Both the position numbers and the translations under genes were made by a program. This document shows positions 12,803 to 23,375 of a stretch of 64,000 nucleotides of DNA, in pieces. Below the pieces are notes generated by a model, which was not told the origin of the DNA, searched no databases, and saw nothing but the letters and a program-made list of their open reading frames with translations. Positions within the stretch are counted from its first letter, which is position 1. Every line of letters starts with the position of its first letter. Source of the stretch: the human T2T-CHM13v2.0 reference genome, Homo sapiens; the NCBI RefSeq assembly GCF_009914755.1, contig NC_060928.1; one strand, given 5' to 3'.

Positions 12803-14055
12803 TGAGAGGTGACAGCGTGCTGGCAGTCCTCACAGCCCTCGCGCGCTCTCGGCGCCTCCTCTGACTGGGCTCCCACTTTGGCCCACCGCTGCACTGTGGG
12901 ATCCCCTTTCTGGGCTGGCCAAGGCCAGAGCCCGCTCCCTCATTTGCAGGGAGGTGTGGAGGGAGAGGCGCGAGCGGGAACCGGGCTGCCCGCGGCACTT
13001 GCGGGCCAGCTGGAGTTCCGGGTGGGTGTGGACTTGGCGGGCCCTGCACTCGGAGCAGCCGGCCGGCCCTGCCGCCCCGGGCAATGAGGGGCTTAGCACC
13101 CGGCCCAGCGGCTGCAGAGGGTGTAGTGGGTCCCCCAGCAGTGCAGCCCACCGGCGCTGCGCTCGATTTCTCGCTGGGCCTTAGCTGCCTTCCCGTGGGG
13201 CAGGGCTCGGGACCTGCAGCCCGCCATGCCTGAACCTCCCACCCCCTCCTTGGGCTCCTGTGCAGCCACAGCCTCCTGGACGAGCGCCACCCCCTGCTCC
13301 ACGGCGCCCAGTCCCATCAACAACCCAAGGGCTGAGGAGTGCGGGCGCACGGCGCGGGACTGGCAGGCAGCTCCATCTGCAGCCCCGGTGTGGGATCCAC
13401 TGGGTGAAGCCAGCTGGGCTCCTGAGTCTGGTTGGGGACGTGAAGAACCTTTGTGTCTAGCTCAGGGATTGTAACTACACCAATCGGCACTCTGTATCTA
13501 GCTCAAGGTTTGTAAACACACCAATCAGCACCCTGTGTCTAGCTCAGGGTTTGTGAATGCACCAATGGACACTCTGTAACTAGCTACTCTGGTGGGGCCT
13601 TGGAGAACCTTTGTGTCTAGCTCAGGGATTGTAAATGCACCAATCAGCACCCTGTCAAAACAGACCACTCGACTCTACCAATCAGCAGGATGTGGGTGGG
13701 GACAGATAAGAGAATAAAAGCAGGCTGCCCCAGCCAGCAGTGGCAACCTGCTTGGATCCCCTTCCACAGTGTGGAAGCTTTGTTCTTTCGCTCTTTGCAA
13801 TAAATCTTGCTACTGCTCACTCTTTGGGTCCACACTGCTTTTATGAGCTATAACACTCACCGCAAAGGTCTGCAGCTTCACTCCTGAGCCAGTGAGACTA
13901 CGAACCCACCAGAAGGAAGAAACTCCAAACACATCCGAACATCAGAAGGAACAAACTCCAGATGCGCCACCTTAAGAGCTGTAACACTCACCGCGAGGGT
14001 CCCCAGCTTCGTTTTTGAAGTCAGTGAGACCAAGAACCCACCAATTCTGGACACA
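12803..14055 (+). mobile_element. LTR12C solo LTR (ERV9/HERV9)
   Basis: Starts TGAGAGGTGACAGCGTGCTGGCAG, ends CCAATTCTGGACACA; perfect 4-bp TSD TTAC (12799-12802, 14056-14059); CpG-rich U3 and tandem TGTGTCTAGCTCAGGG..CACCAATC repeats. Confidence 0.97.
13450..13745 (+). promoter_or_regulatory. LTR12C U3 enhancer/promoter: five CCAAT (NF-Y) boxes, GATA site, AATAAA TATA-like box
   Basis: CCAAT at 13480, 13521, 13562, 13640 and 13678; AGATAA at 13704; AATAAA at 13713; polyA-type AATAAA at 13799. Confidence 0.75.
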
Positions 14056-14329
14056 TTACCATTTAACTTTCTTCTCATTGTCATAATATTGGAACTGCGC
14101 CTAGATTCTCAAAATGTTCATCTTGTCTGCAATCACTTCAACAGAAGCTTATATTAAATATCAGGTCATGCCTCATAAATACCCCCAAATTTTGAGAACA
14201 AAAAGCACTGTATCTTTCTATTGTCACAGAACTTCCTCCAGCCTTGATCTGAGAACCCCAATTAGGCTATTCAATAGGTTGGCTATATTGGGAAAGGTAA
14301 TTGTAAGAATAAAATATTCTTAAAATAAG

Positions 14330-14555
14330 AAGAATAAAATATTCAAGAATAAATTTATCAAAAGTTGTTTCAAACTTCTACACTTAATACAAATTTGCTG
14401 AAAGAAAGTAAAGACAATTGAAACAAAAGGAGAAATATACTAGATTTATGGGCTGAAAGATAATATTTTTAAGATGTCAATTCTCCTCAAATGTATCAAT
14501 ATATTTAATGCAATTCCAACCAAAATTCCAGAAGGCATGACAAGCTGATTCAAAT
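14330..14555 (+). mobile_element. Old L1M ORF2 fragment
   Basis: TTAAGATGTCAATTCTCCTCAAAT...ATTTAATGCAATTCCAACCAAAATTCCAG...GACAAGCTGATTC is typical L1M ORF2 3' region. Confidence 0.75.
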
Positions 14556-14571
14556 AGTATAGTGCTAAAAT

Positions 14572-14970
14572 GTGATGTAGTGTAGAGTAGTGGTTAATAT
14601 TCAGATTCTAGACTCAGATGCTTGGCTCTACCATTTTCTATCTGTATGTATGACCTTTATCCAAATAAAGTTTTACTAGTCACTGATCTTAACTTCTGAT
14701 ATTTGCTTCTTCTGTATTTTGATGTCACCATACTTTGTAAATAACACTTTTGACTCTCTGTAAACTGATGTGTTGGTAGTTTTTCAAATGGGCCACCAAC
14801 TATGGTCCAGTAACATAGACCCAATATCAAAACTTGACCCTCTCTGAAATTTTCTTCACCCATTTCTAAAGAGCCTACTTCGTAGAATTATGTCAAGGTT
14901 AGATGAGATAATGAAAGCTACTTAGCCTAGTCCCTGGCACATACTGAGGGCTCAACAAATATGAACTATC
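14572..14970 (+). mobile_element. MIR interrupted by ~170 bp of unrelated sequence
   Basis: AGTAGTGGTTAA..TTCTAGACTCAGA..TGTATGACCTT, resuming near 14830 with CTTGACCCTCTCTG..CCTGGCACATACTGAGGGCTCAACAAAT. Confidence 0.65.
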
Positions 14971-15809
14971 TAAAGGCAAAAAGAGGGATAATAGATGTCA
15001 GTGTGATGCAAACAGTGCTTTCATAGCTAACACAACATTATATCGTCTGAAATAATTAAACATGATCAGTTACTAGATCTCAGATATAGAAAAGGTCATC
15101 TATGCAAATCCAAAAACATAACTATATTGGGAGAAAGTAAGCTACTTAACCTATGACATATCAGTTAGGATTCAATCGGGCTAAGGGAATCACTATAACA
15201 AATAAGAAACAACGGATTTCTCATAGAAGTTATGCAGTTGTGGGAACTGATAATGACATCTATGAAAAACTGTTTTCTCTGTGTCTGGTGGTGGATCTGA
15301 ATTCATGAAATGTAAGTAGGGCATACATATAGAGATAAAAAAGGTGGGCATGAAATGGGTGAAAGCAAAGGCAAATTGTAATCCACAAGAATAAACAGAA
15401 ACCCACAAACTGGAAACTGCCTGCAGTTATCTCTCAATGCAACTAAACCTGACAACATGGATGACCTGCATTTAAAGCTGGCATACTTGACCTAAAAGCT
15501 TTATTTGTGCCTGGTCCATGACTCAGAGAAGCTGAAGGAGAACATCCAGCAAGAGTTCTGGAGCTTCAGACACAGCTGCTGCCTACTGTCAACAAAGTGA
15601 GTCTGTAAACTAGCAACAATGCATAAAAATCAATAGAGTTTTTTTCAATATTTTTCAGTAAGACCAATCTGAACTCCTGTGTTAATTTATCATCCTATTT
15701 ATACTTTGAACATTAAATCTTGTGGTAAATATATAAGAATAAATGCTTCGTATGAGTTTGAGACATCAAGAACTATCATATTGATAAAAAATGCATAAAA
15801 GAGAAATTC

Positions 15810-16035
15810 ACATTATTAAATGCTTATTAGGTATCAGGTATATTTCCTTACACATTTCACCTTATTATAATAATCCTCGCAATTGCATTGTAATTTTTTC
15901 TCTAATTTTGTAGTATTTTTGTTTAAAAATTAGGTTCAGAGGTTAAATAATTTCCAAAGGACCCAGAATATATTGCAAAACTTAGATCTAAACATGGGGG
16001 TTCCTGATGTTAAAGAGTACTTACTTTCTACTGTA
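15810..16035 (-). mobile_element. MIR fragment
   Basis: ATTATTAAATGCTTA..TAATCCTCGCAA..AAAATTAGGTTCAGAGGTTAAATAATTTCCAAAGG. Confidence 0.6.
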
Positions 16036-16911
16036 GTATGCGAGAAACAATAAACATCACTATTCAAAATTTTAAAAATATATATATTGAGAACTTTCTA
16101 CAAGCTTGAACATGTTTGTGGCAAATATGCAGAAGCATTGATGATTAGATGGCTTGAAAATAACTCATTTTAAAAAGGCATTCCATCCAGAGAAGGGAAA
16201 GTTGAAAGGTAGGATGGTTTCCACATATCTGAACGTTTCTTACTTGTAGGATTGCATGGTTGTCAAAAAGATGATGATTATGTGATTGACAGAAAGACAC
16301 CCATATGTACAGACAAATGATACACATTCCCTTAATGCAGTAAAAGATGCTTAATTTACTATTCACCGACAGCTATACAAGCCAGGCAACACTCCAGCAC
16401 ACCCAGTCAGAGATGTGAGCCATGTCCCCTAACCCTTCAAGTCTTCATGAAATCCCCTTGAGCTAATCTGAGTGAGGATTGTGTCACATCCTTCAACCTT
16501 GGTTTGTTATTCTCAAATATTTTATAACCTCCTGCTAATTCTAGCTCTTCTTGAAACTTTGGCTAGGTGTTTGACTTCTCAGTAGGTCCAAGATATTTGT
16601 AAAAACCACAGCACATGGCTGACTTGAATTTTTCCAGGCTCATCACATCCGTAGCTTACCTAGACTCTATGCTTGACCGTGATCCATTCTACAAGGAGAG
16701 CTTCCATTTTGAAAAATGGATGGGTGAAACAGAGAAAATATTCTTAAACTCTGAAACTGAAGGTTTAATTTAGAGATAACAAGACATATGATAGTGAGAC
16801 TTTTAAGAGATAGAATGAGAGCTATAGAATCTATATGACATGAGTCTTTTTAAATAGAATAGGTCCTTTCAGGTTTACTTTGTGATTTTAGACTTCTCAT
16901 ATTACCTCCAA

Positions 16912-16996
16912 AATTTTATTCATTTACTTATTTAATTATTCATTTAGAAGATGTTTATTGAATACCCACCATAACCCAAGTACTGGGCTAGATGTC
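16912..16996 (-). mobile_element. L2 3'-end fragment
   Basis: TTCATTTA..TTCATTTAGAAGATGTTTATTGAATACCCACCAT..CCAAGTACTGGGCTAGATG. Confidence 0.6.
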
Positions 16997-17091
16997 AAAA
17001 AAAAAAAAAACAAAAACAAAAAACGGGAGATTTGATCACGGAGATTTCAGGAAGAAAGTGTAACAACCTTTCCTGATTTACATTAGTAAAA

Positions 17092-17151
17092 TCATACTTC
17101 TACAACTCATACTTCTACAACTGACATTATCATACTTCTACAACTGACATT
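17092..17151. repeat. Local tandem triplication of TCATACTTCTACAAC
   Basis: Exact 15-mer at 17092, 17107 and 17130; copies 2 and 3 extend with TGACATT. Confidence 0.92.
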
Positions 17152-17829
17152 TTTTTCTATCAGAACAAGTCTGTAAAATCTGTAATTTGATACGTTCTCT
17201 TTCTTTGCGACACTGGTTTCTCTACATAATTTTCATAAATTCATGTGTAAGTTCTTTGTATATTGGCTACAAATATTGATTCCATTTGGATCAAGTTTTG
17301 CCCACCATAATAGCAAATTATTCATGAAAACACATTTTGAAAATTATAGAAAAGTTCCCATAATTTTTCTCAAAATATCTCAAACATTTTGATTTGCCAT
17401 CAGCTACTAATGATATTTGAATTTTTTATTTTCTGGTTGAACAAAATGTAGCAGTGAGGTTTTATGAAATAATTATGATGCTTGTGCAGTAATAGAGGCA
17501 TTTGTGACTATTTTATATCTTTTTTTTTACCTCTTTAATCATTTTCTTTCACCTTCCAGCATAGGTATAAGTATTAAACCAAATGCCTGCCATATGCTGC
17601 CTACTTTACAGATGCTGATTAACATTGCCCTCCTTGTTTCAATAGCTTTCTAGGAACTTTCCTAGGTCTACATTAAGGGTTAACTAGACCTATATGTATC
17701 CACCATTCATGTGATTTCCTCTCACTATTCTAGTAGTATGTAAATTTCCTGCTTCAAATTTTCCCTATCAAACTTATAAAGACAAAAAGACAAATAGTTG
17801 CACAAGGTTTATGACAACAAAAACAACAA

Positions 17830-19430
17830 AAAAAAGCAGTCTCCCAATTCCCTAAAGGCAACTGATTTCAATTATTTTCACCCTTTTTTTGATATTTTCT
17901 TCCATATGCCTAAATATACATTCAGAAACCTCTTGAGTTTACAGTTTTAGCTATTATCTGTTGACTTGTTACTTTGGATGAAGAAAATGTATGTCGTTTA
18001 TATTTACTCCAACTCCTTTCTATGTGCGACTGACACACACACACACATGCACTCACACCCATTTTCCTAACAATGGCCATATAATTTTTGGTAAGGTTAA
18101 TATTCACTTTCAGCATTATGAAAACTGTAAATAGCATCATAGTTTAGTTGTATAATATTCCATAATCATATTCACTGTCTCTTTGGTTTTAGTTGTTGTT
18201 GTTATTTAAATTTCTTTCTCTACTTACCGCTCTCCTGTTAAGGATTTCTGGTTTCCTGGACCCCATATAAGCCTTCTCCTCTGTTTACACACTTCTTTTG
18301 GTAAACACAGATTCTAGTGATTTCTTCAAAAAGAGTAAATGGGAGGCAAGTTTCTTAAGATCTTGCATGTCCAATGTTGTACACTTATATTTGATTAAAA
18401 CTTTAACTGGGCTATAAAAATTCTATATGTCTTCTCAGAATGATTTTCCTCATAATTTTCAACGCATTTCTATTTTTTTCTAGTTACCAGATTTAGTTTT
18501 GAGAAGTCTGATGCTGGTTTGATTCCCAATCCTTTTAATGAAATTTATTTTTTTTCCTCATAAAGTTTTAGAATCTTATTTTGGGGGCAAAGGATACCCT
18601 TTAGACTGGAAGGCACTATGAACAGAATAGTGCCTTTAAATCTGAAAACTCCTTAAATTCTGAAAAATGTTGGTAAATAATTTATTTGATCATTTTCTGC
18701 ACTTCATTTTTTTCTGTGATCTCTTTAAAAATCTCTGATTTTTAAAAATATTAACCTCCTACAGTGACCTAATTTTATTAACTTTTTTGCTATTTTCTGT
18801 ATCTTTGCTTATTGTGGGGTAGGTTTGCTCAAGCTTGTAATTTAATCCTTCAGATGAATTCTTCATCCCTCCTATATTTCCAAAAGCACTTGAAAGTACT
18901 TCTTTCTTTTTTATGTTCTTCTCTTATTTCTAGGTTGCAGCAGCTTCACCATTTATATAACGATATGAATTATAAAAGCTTTTTTTTAAAAAAAATTCTG
19001 CTCTCTGAATTTTTAAAATGTTTCTGCAAAGGTCTTTTATGCTTTGTTTATTTGTGCTCTACCTTCCATGTCCTGGCTTTTTTTTTTCTTCTTCATATAT
19101 CTGGGGTCCTTGGTGGTCCATTCATGCTTAAACTGGGTGCTAAGATGCTGCTTGGATGCTCTGTGACCATGGGCTGTTTCTTTGCAGTGTGAGGTTTTCA
19201 GGCTGAACAATTTTGAGAGGACCCTAAAAGCTCAATACTCCTGGGACATTATCTACCAAACTTATGCTCTACTCTCCTACCTGGGAGATGCAGGCCTGAC
19301 TGATGCTGTTCTTAAATTTGAATAGGGAAGGGGGCCAAGAGTCTTATCATTCAGAATTTAGATTTTTCACTTAATCTCAATTTTTGGCATAGCACTCTCC
19401 ACCATCAGCTGTATGTTTCTTTCGTATACA
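17830..19430 (-). mobile_element. Degraded L1ME-type fragments (ORF1/5' region)
   Basis: GGGAGGCAAGTTTCTTAAGATCTTGCATGTC, TTTAACTGGGCTATAAAAATTCTA and TTGAGAAGTCTGATGCTGGTTTGATTCC are typical of antisense L1ME ORF1; T-rich top strand. Confidence 0.65.
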
Positions 19431-20407
19431 TTCATGAGAGATTAAACCTTTGGTTTTATACCATTCTACGGAATATTATGTGATTTGGCTTCTAGAGATG
19501 GGAATGTAAAGTGTGTTATAACCCTTGTAACAGAAATACTGTCCACATAGGAGCAAGTATTTTCAAGCAAAATTACAACAGACTCAATCCACCAACTGTG
19601 AAGATAATTTTCATGAACAGTTCAGCATTGTTTACTTTCAAGTACTTACACCACAACATGCTAGAAAAGTTGCTAAATTAACATAAAATAATATCAGGAA
19701 ATTTTGGGACTATAAAATGCAGGGGAGATCAAGTCACAAAAATGTCAGATTCTTGAAAAATTATCCTAAAAATTAGGATTATTCCCTTGTAATTAATTCT
19801 GTTTTTATGATCTCTGTGTGTCTGCCTCATCTAGGTACTCAATTCCTATAACTTCAATGGTTTGAAAGATTCACACTTGGTTCCTTACTGCTAAATCCTT
19901 TTATATCTCCCTCCTAGATATTGTTTTTTTTTTAATCTCCAAGGCAATATCAACTCTTCCTCTCTCTCATTACTTCCGTCTTAATGAGGAAATGTTTCTG
20001 TGCTCTCTTTTGGTATTAGATTTACTAATATGCTTAAAGCAGAAAAAATCCACCAGTACTCACAACCAGAGGACAAAAATCTCTCTCCTCTTCGAGACAG
20101 GAGAATACTCAACCCAGGCCCACTGCAGCATCCTTTCCCAGCAAGGTTAGGTATATTTTATAATCACCTGAATTCTATTTCTTGGAATGTGTTCAATCAG
20201 AGGGGTGTGCAAATCTTAACCTATCTTTCTTCCTGAAGTCTCTCCTCTAGGATTAGGTTCCTGATGCAGTTAAATAATATATATCATGGCTTCTGGTATT
20301 CTTTCAGGCCATTTAAAGTGTTCTTTAAGAAAGGAATTCAAATGCTGCATGGAGATAAACAACTCATGAATGTATTACAGGGAACTGATTGGGAAATAGG
20401 AAGAGTG

Positions 20408-20455
20408 CTCTCTCTCCCTCTCTCTCTCTCTCTGTCTCTCTCACACACACACACA
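20408..20455. repeat. (CT)n(CA)n compound microsatellite
   Basis: CTCTCTCTCCCTCTCTC...TCACACACACACACA. Confidence 0.9.
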
Positions 20456-21463
20456 GCTGCCTTTAGCAGTTAAATTATGACAAAATGCACTTTAGTAGCT
20501 CCCAGTTGCCATGAGAGTGTAAAAGAAGACAAATGATCTCTAAGGTAAAAGGGTCCAAGTCAAATAAAATCTTACAGATTAAAGTCAACACATTTACATT
20601 CAAATGAAATGGTATCCAGGACTAGCTCTGAAAGTACAGGTGTTCCATACTCTCTATGACCAGCCTTAACCAAACAAACTGTATTCAGAGCATCACAGTT
20701 CAATACTTCCAGCCAAACTCTTATTTGGTTCTGCCAGTTACAGCTTTCGCTTACAATTGGGTAAGTAAATGTTTGAAATATCAAAGAAATTCACATAGAA
20801 AAGGCAAAGGGTATTTGAGAGAGGCACTTCTGTTTGTACCTAGGCTGGTGGGTGAGGGCTAGGAATCAGAGTTTATGCCTTTTCATGGAGTGACTTGAAA
20901 GAGAACTGAGGCCCTGACGCTAGATGCTTCATAGACGTTAGGGTCTGTGGTGGTTTTCTGTCAGCAGCACAAATATGAATAACTTATTATTCTGCACACT
21001 TATTTTTTTCTTTCTTCTTCTCTCACCTCTCATTCTTTCTCCCCGTCTTTTCCATCTATCTCTACTCAATGCCTCGTCTTCTGTGATAGAACCACAAGCA
21101 CATAGTGAGAAAAGAACATGATTTAAAAAAGGAAAATCAGAAGAATCATTTAACCCCAGTGAGTCTAATTTCCACTATGTAAAATGAGGATAACCATGAC
21201 ATTATTTTAAGGTCTAGGTTGAGGATCAAATGTGATTATATTCGCCAACTCATCTTATACTAAACAGATGTTAGTTATTAATATTCTTTTGAGAGTCTGA
21301 AGGAAACAAGGATCCACAGACATAAGAATTGCAGTTACCAACCTGATCTCATTAAGGAACATAGATGTCTACATTTAAACACATTTTTTTAAGAATAATT
21401 TTTAAGTTGGATTCACTTCTAATTTATAGATAGAGTTTGGAAAATGTTTGGCCCAATAATATT

Positions 21464-21576
21464 AAATACTAACCAAATTTTGTTAGTATTTCCTATATTA
21501 CTAATATAGGAATATAGTATAGTAATATAGTAATATTGGAAATATAGTAATATAGGTGATAGTAATATAGGAAATA
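21464..21576. repeat. AT-rich cluster of palindromes and inverted repeats
   Basis: AAATACTAAC/GTTAGTATTT arms (21464-21473/21482-21491); TTCCTATATTA-C-TAATATAGGAA (21490-21512); 17-bp inverted pair 21487-21503/21560-21576. Confidence 0.85.
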
Positions 21577-21634
21577 ACATGAAGATGAATTTTAATTACC
21601 AATTCTTTCCTTTAATTCATCAAAAAGATGTTAA

Positions 21635-21825
21635 TTATAATAGCTACCACTTCTCAAGTGCTTACTGTGTTCCAAGCTCTGTTCTGATTTATGAGTATTA
21701 TCTCATTAAATCATATAATAACTCTATGAGGTATCATCTCCACTTTACTGATAAAGAAACTGAAGAAAAGCAATAGAGCCAGGGTTAGAACAAAAGCATC
21801 AGATCCTGGAGTCTGGATTCATGAT
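21635..21825 (-). mobile_element. MIR
   Basis: ATAATAGCTACCAC..GTGCTTACTGTGTTCCAAG..TCTCATTAAATCATATAATAACTCTATGAGG..GATAAAGAAACTGA. Confidence 0.8.
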
Positions 21826-21879
21826 AAATAGACTAGAAGACCTCTCCATTTGACTGTGCATGATACACTGAGGTCATCG

Positions 21880-22000
21880 TTAATCAGAGAAAGTTGGATT
21901 AAAAGCACTCTTAAGAGAGGATCTAGTCTATCCTCCCCTCAAGTGGAGAAATTAAGGCCTTCTACAACATCCCTAAAGACTGTCACTCAGACTTTGCCGG
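21880..22000 (-). mobile_element. L3 (CR1) 3'-end fragment
   Basis: GAGGATCTAGTCTATCCTCCC..CCTTCTACAACATCCCT matches the reverse complement of the L3 tail. Confidence 0.5.
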
Positions 22001-22777
22001 GCTGACATGTTCAAAATTCAGCTGCCATTCTACTTGGTCAGCCTCAGCCATCTCTGGGTAGTATCAAAACAAGATATATAGGTTTCCTGGCAACTGAAAC
22101 AGTAACCTTGGCCTAACAGCCCCAGTCCCCAAATTTTATTTCTCTCAATACGCAAATACATATCTTTCCTTCCTCTTGCAAATACCTTCCTCTTGCCTTT
22201 CACAAGATAAAAAAAAAAAATTAAAGCTTGTTTCCTAAGGCCAAAAATAAGTTAGCTTCAGAATTGGATATTCTTCTATCATTTTCATTTTCTTAAATTT
22301 CTACCCCCTCCATTTCTTAAACAAGTGAAGGTTGCATGTGTTTTTAGAAAGTAAATTAAAATCATGTTCCTTTCTCTTTATCTTTTTGGAAAATGTGAGC
22401 ATCCTCTTTAAGAAAGACTATTTGTGAAGCCAGGGTCAAAGGTCTTTATTCTAAGTTCAACTCTCAGCTGGAGAACCGAGATCCCACTTCTCTGGGCTAC
22501 GCCAAGGCAGCAGAAGGTGAGTGACAATGAAGTCAAGCATCAAGGACAAGAGAGGCACCTTATTCCACATGCTGTTTTTCTCACAGGTAAAGTGAGAAAT
22601 CAAATCCTCTGCTCTCCCTGCAGCACTGTCCTCTCTGAACATGACATTAACTTCCACAAAAGAACCTTGTGGTAAAGGGGGTGATTAGCTAGATAGGCCT
22701 TAACAGCTGGGCTCCAGGAGATTGAAGCGAGGTGGAGGAGGGGCACTCTGAGGCACTGGGTCTTGTAGTTCTATCAA

Positions 22778-22795
22778 CAGCAGCAGCAGCAGCAG
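22778..22795. repeat. (CAG)6 microsatellite
   Basis: CAA followed by six CAG units. Confidence 0.9.
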
Positions 22796-23323
22796 ATGAA
22801 AAGCTCCTAGAGGTGGGGGCAGGGGAGAGCCCAGATTGTAAACATCTCTTGCCTGTTGCCTAGAAGCAGTGGCAGCAAACAATCCAAAGACTGCTCCTAG
22901 ATTTTCAAAATTTCCTTTATATGCAGGGCTCTGCTTCTTTTTAAAATATGCGGCCATTTTATAAGGTCATGAGCACACATGCGACGGGTGCATATATCAT
23001 AATAATTTCCTAGCCACCATGTGTAATTGCGTACATAAAGTGGTCAATTATTGCTTAACAAAACCTTGTTAATGTCAGTACATTAATTCCGAGGCTTTTA
23101 TAAACCTTTTAATGACTACCTTGTATTAGGTACTCATATTTGTGAGAATCAACAAAAACAAAAAAAAGATGCTTCTTTGTTTGTGGGGAAAACTTGATAA
23201 TTCCTGAATGATAGGTTTCTGAAATAAGCTATGATGAAGGACAGGAGTAATGTATTATAAATTGGTTGAAAATGTGATAACAGTAATGTTATAGGCTGTC
23301 TTGGCAGAAATGAACTGCAAATA

Positions 23324-23324
<1 letters not shown>

Positions 23325-23356
<32 letters not shown>
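23325..23356. repeat. (CA)16 microsatellite
   Basis: Perfect CA run. Confidence 0.97.
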
Positions 23357-23360
<4 letters not shown>

Positions 23361-23375
23361 TGGACAGAGCAAGAA

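Noticed and set aside
12780-13474. Several overlapping GC-rich ORFs on both strands
   Set aside because: Almost entirely within the GC-rich LTR12C U3, where stop codons are scarce; no recognisable protein.
13445-13690. Repeat-spacer-like array resembling CRISPR
   Set aside because: These are the known tandem U3 repeats of LTR12 in a primate genome; there are no unique spacers or cas genes.
22570-22595. TTTTTCTCACAG|GTAAAG as a recursive splice site
   Set aside because: The donor half deviates from GTAAG/GTGAG and such motifs occur by chance; no support without RNA data.
22778-22795. (CAG)6 as a polyglutamine exon
   Set aside because: Short, with no supporting + strand ORF or splice context; the minus ORF reads it as poly-Leu with no homology.
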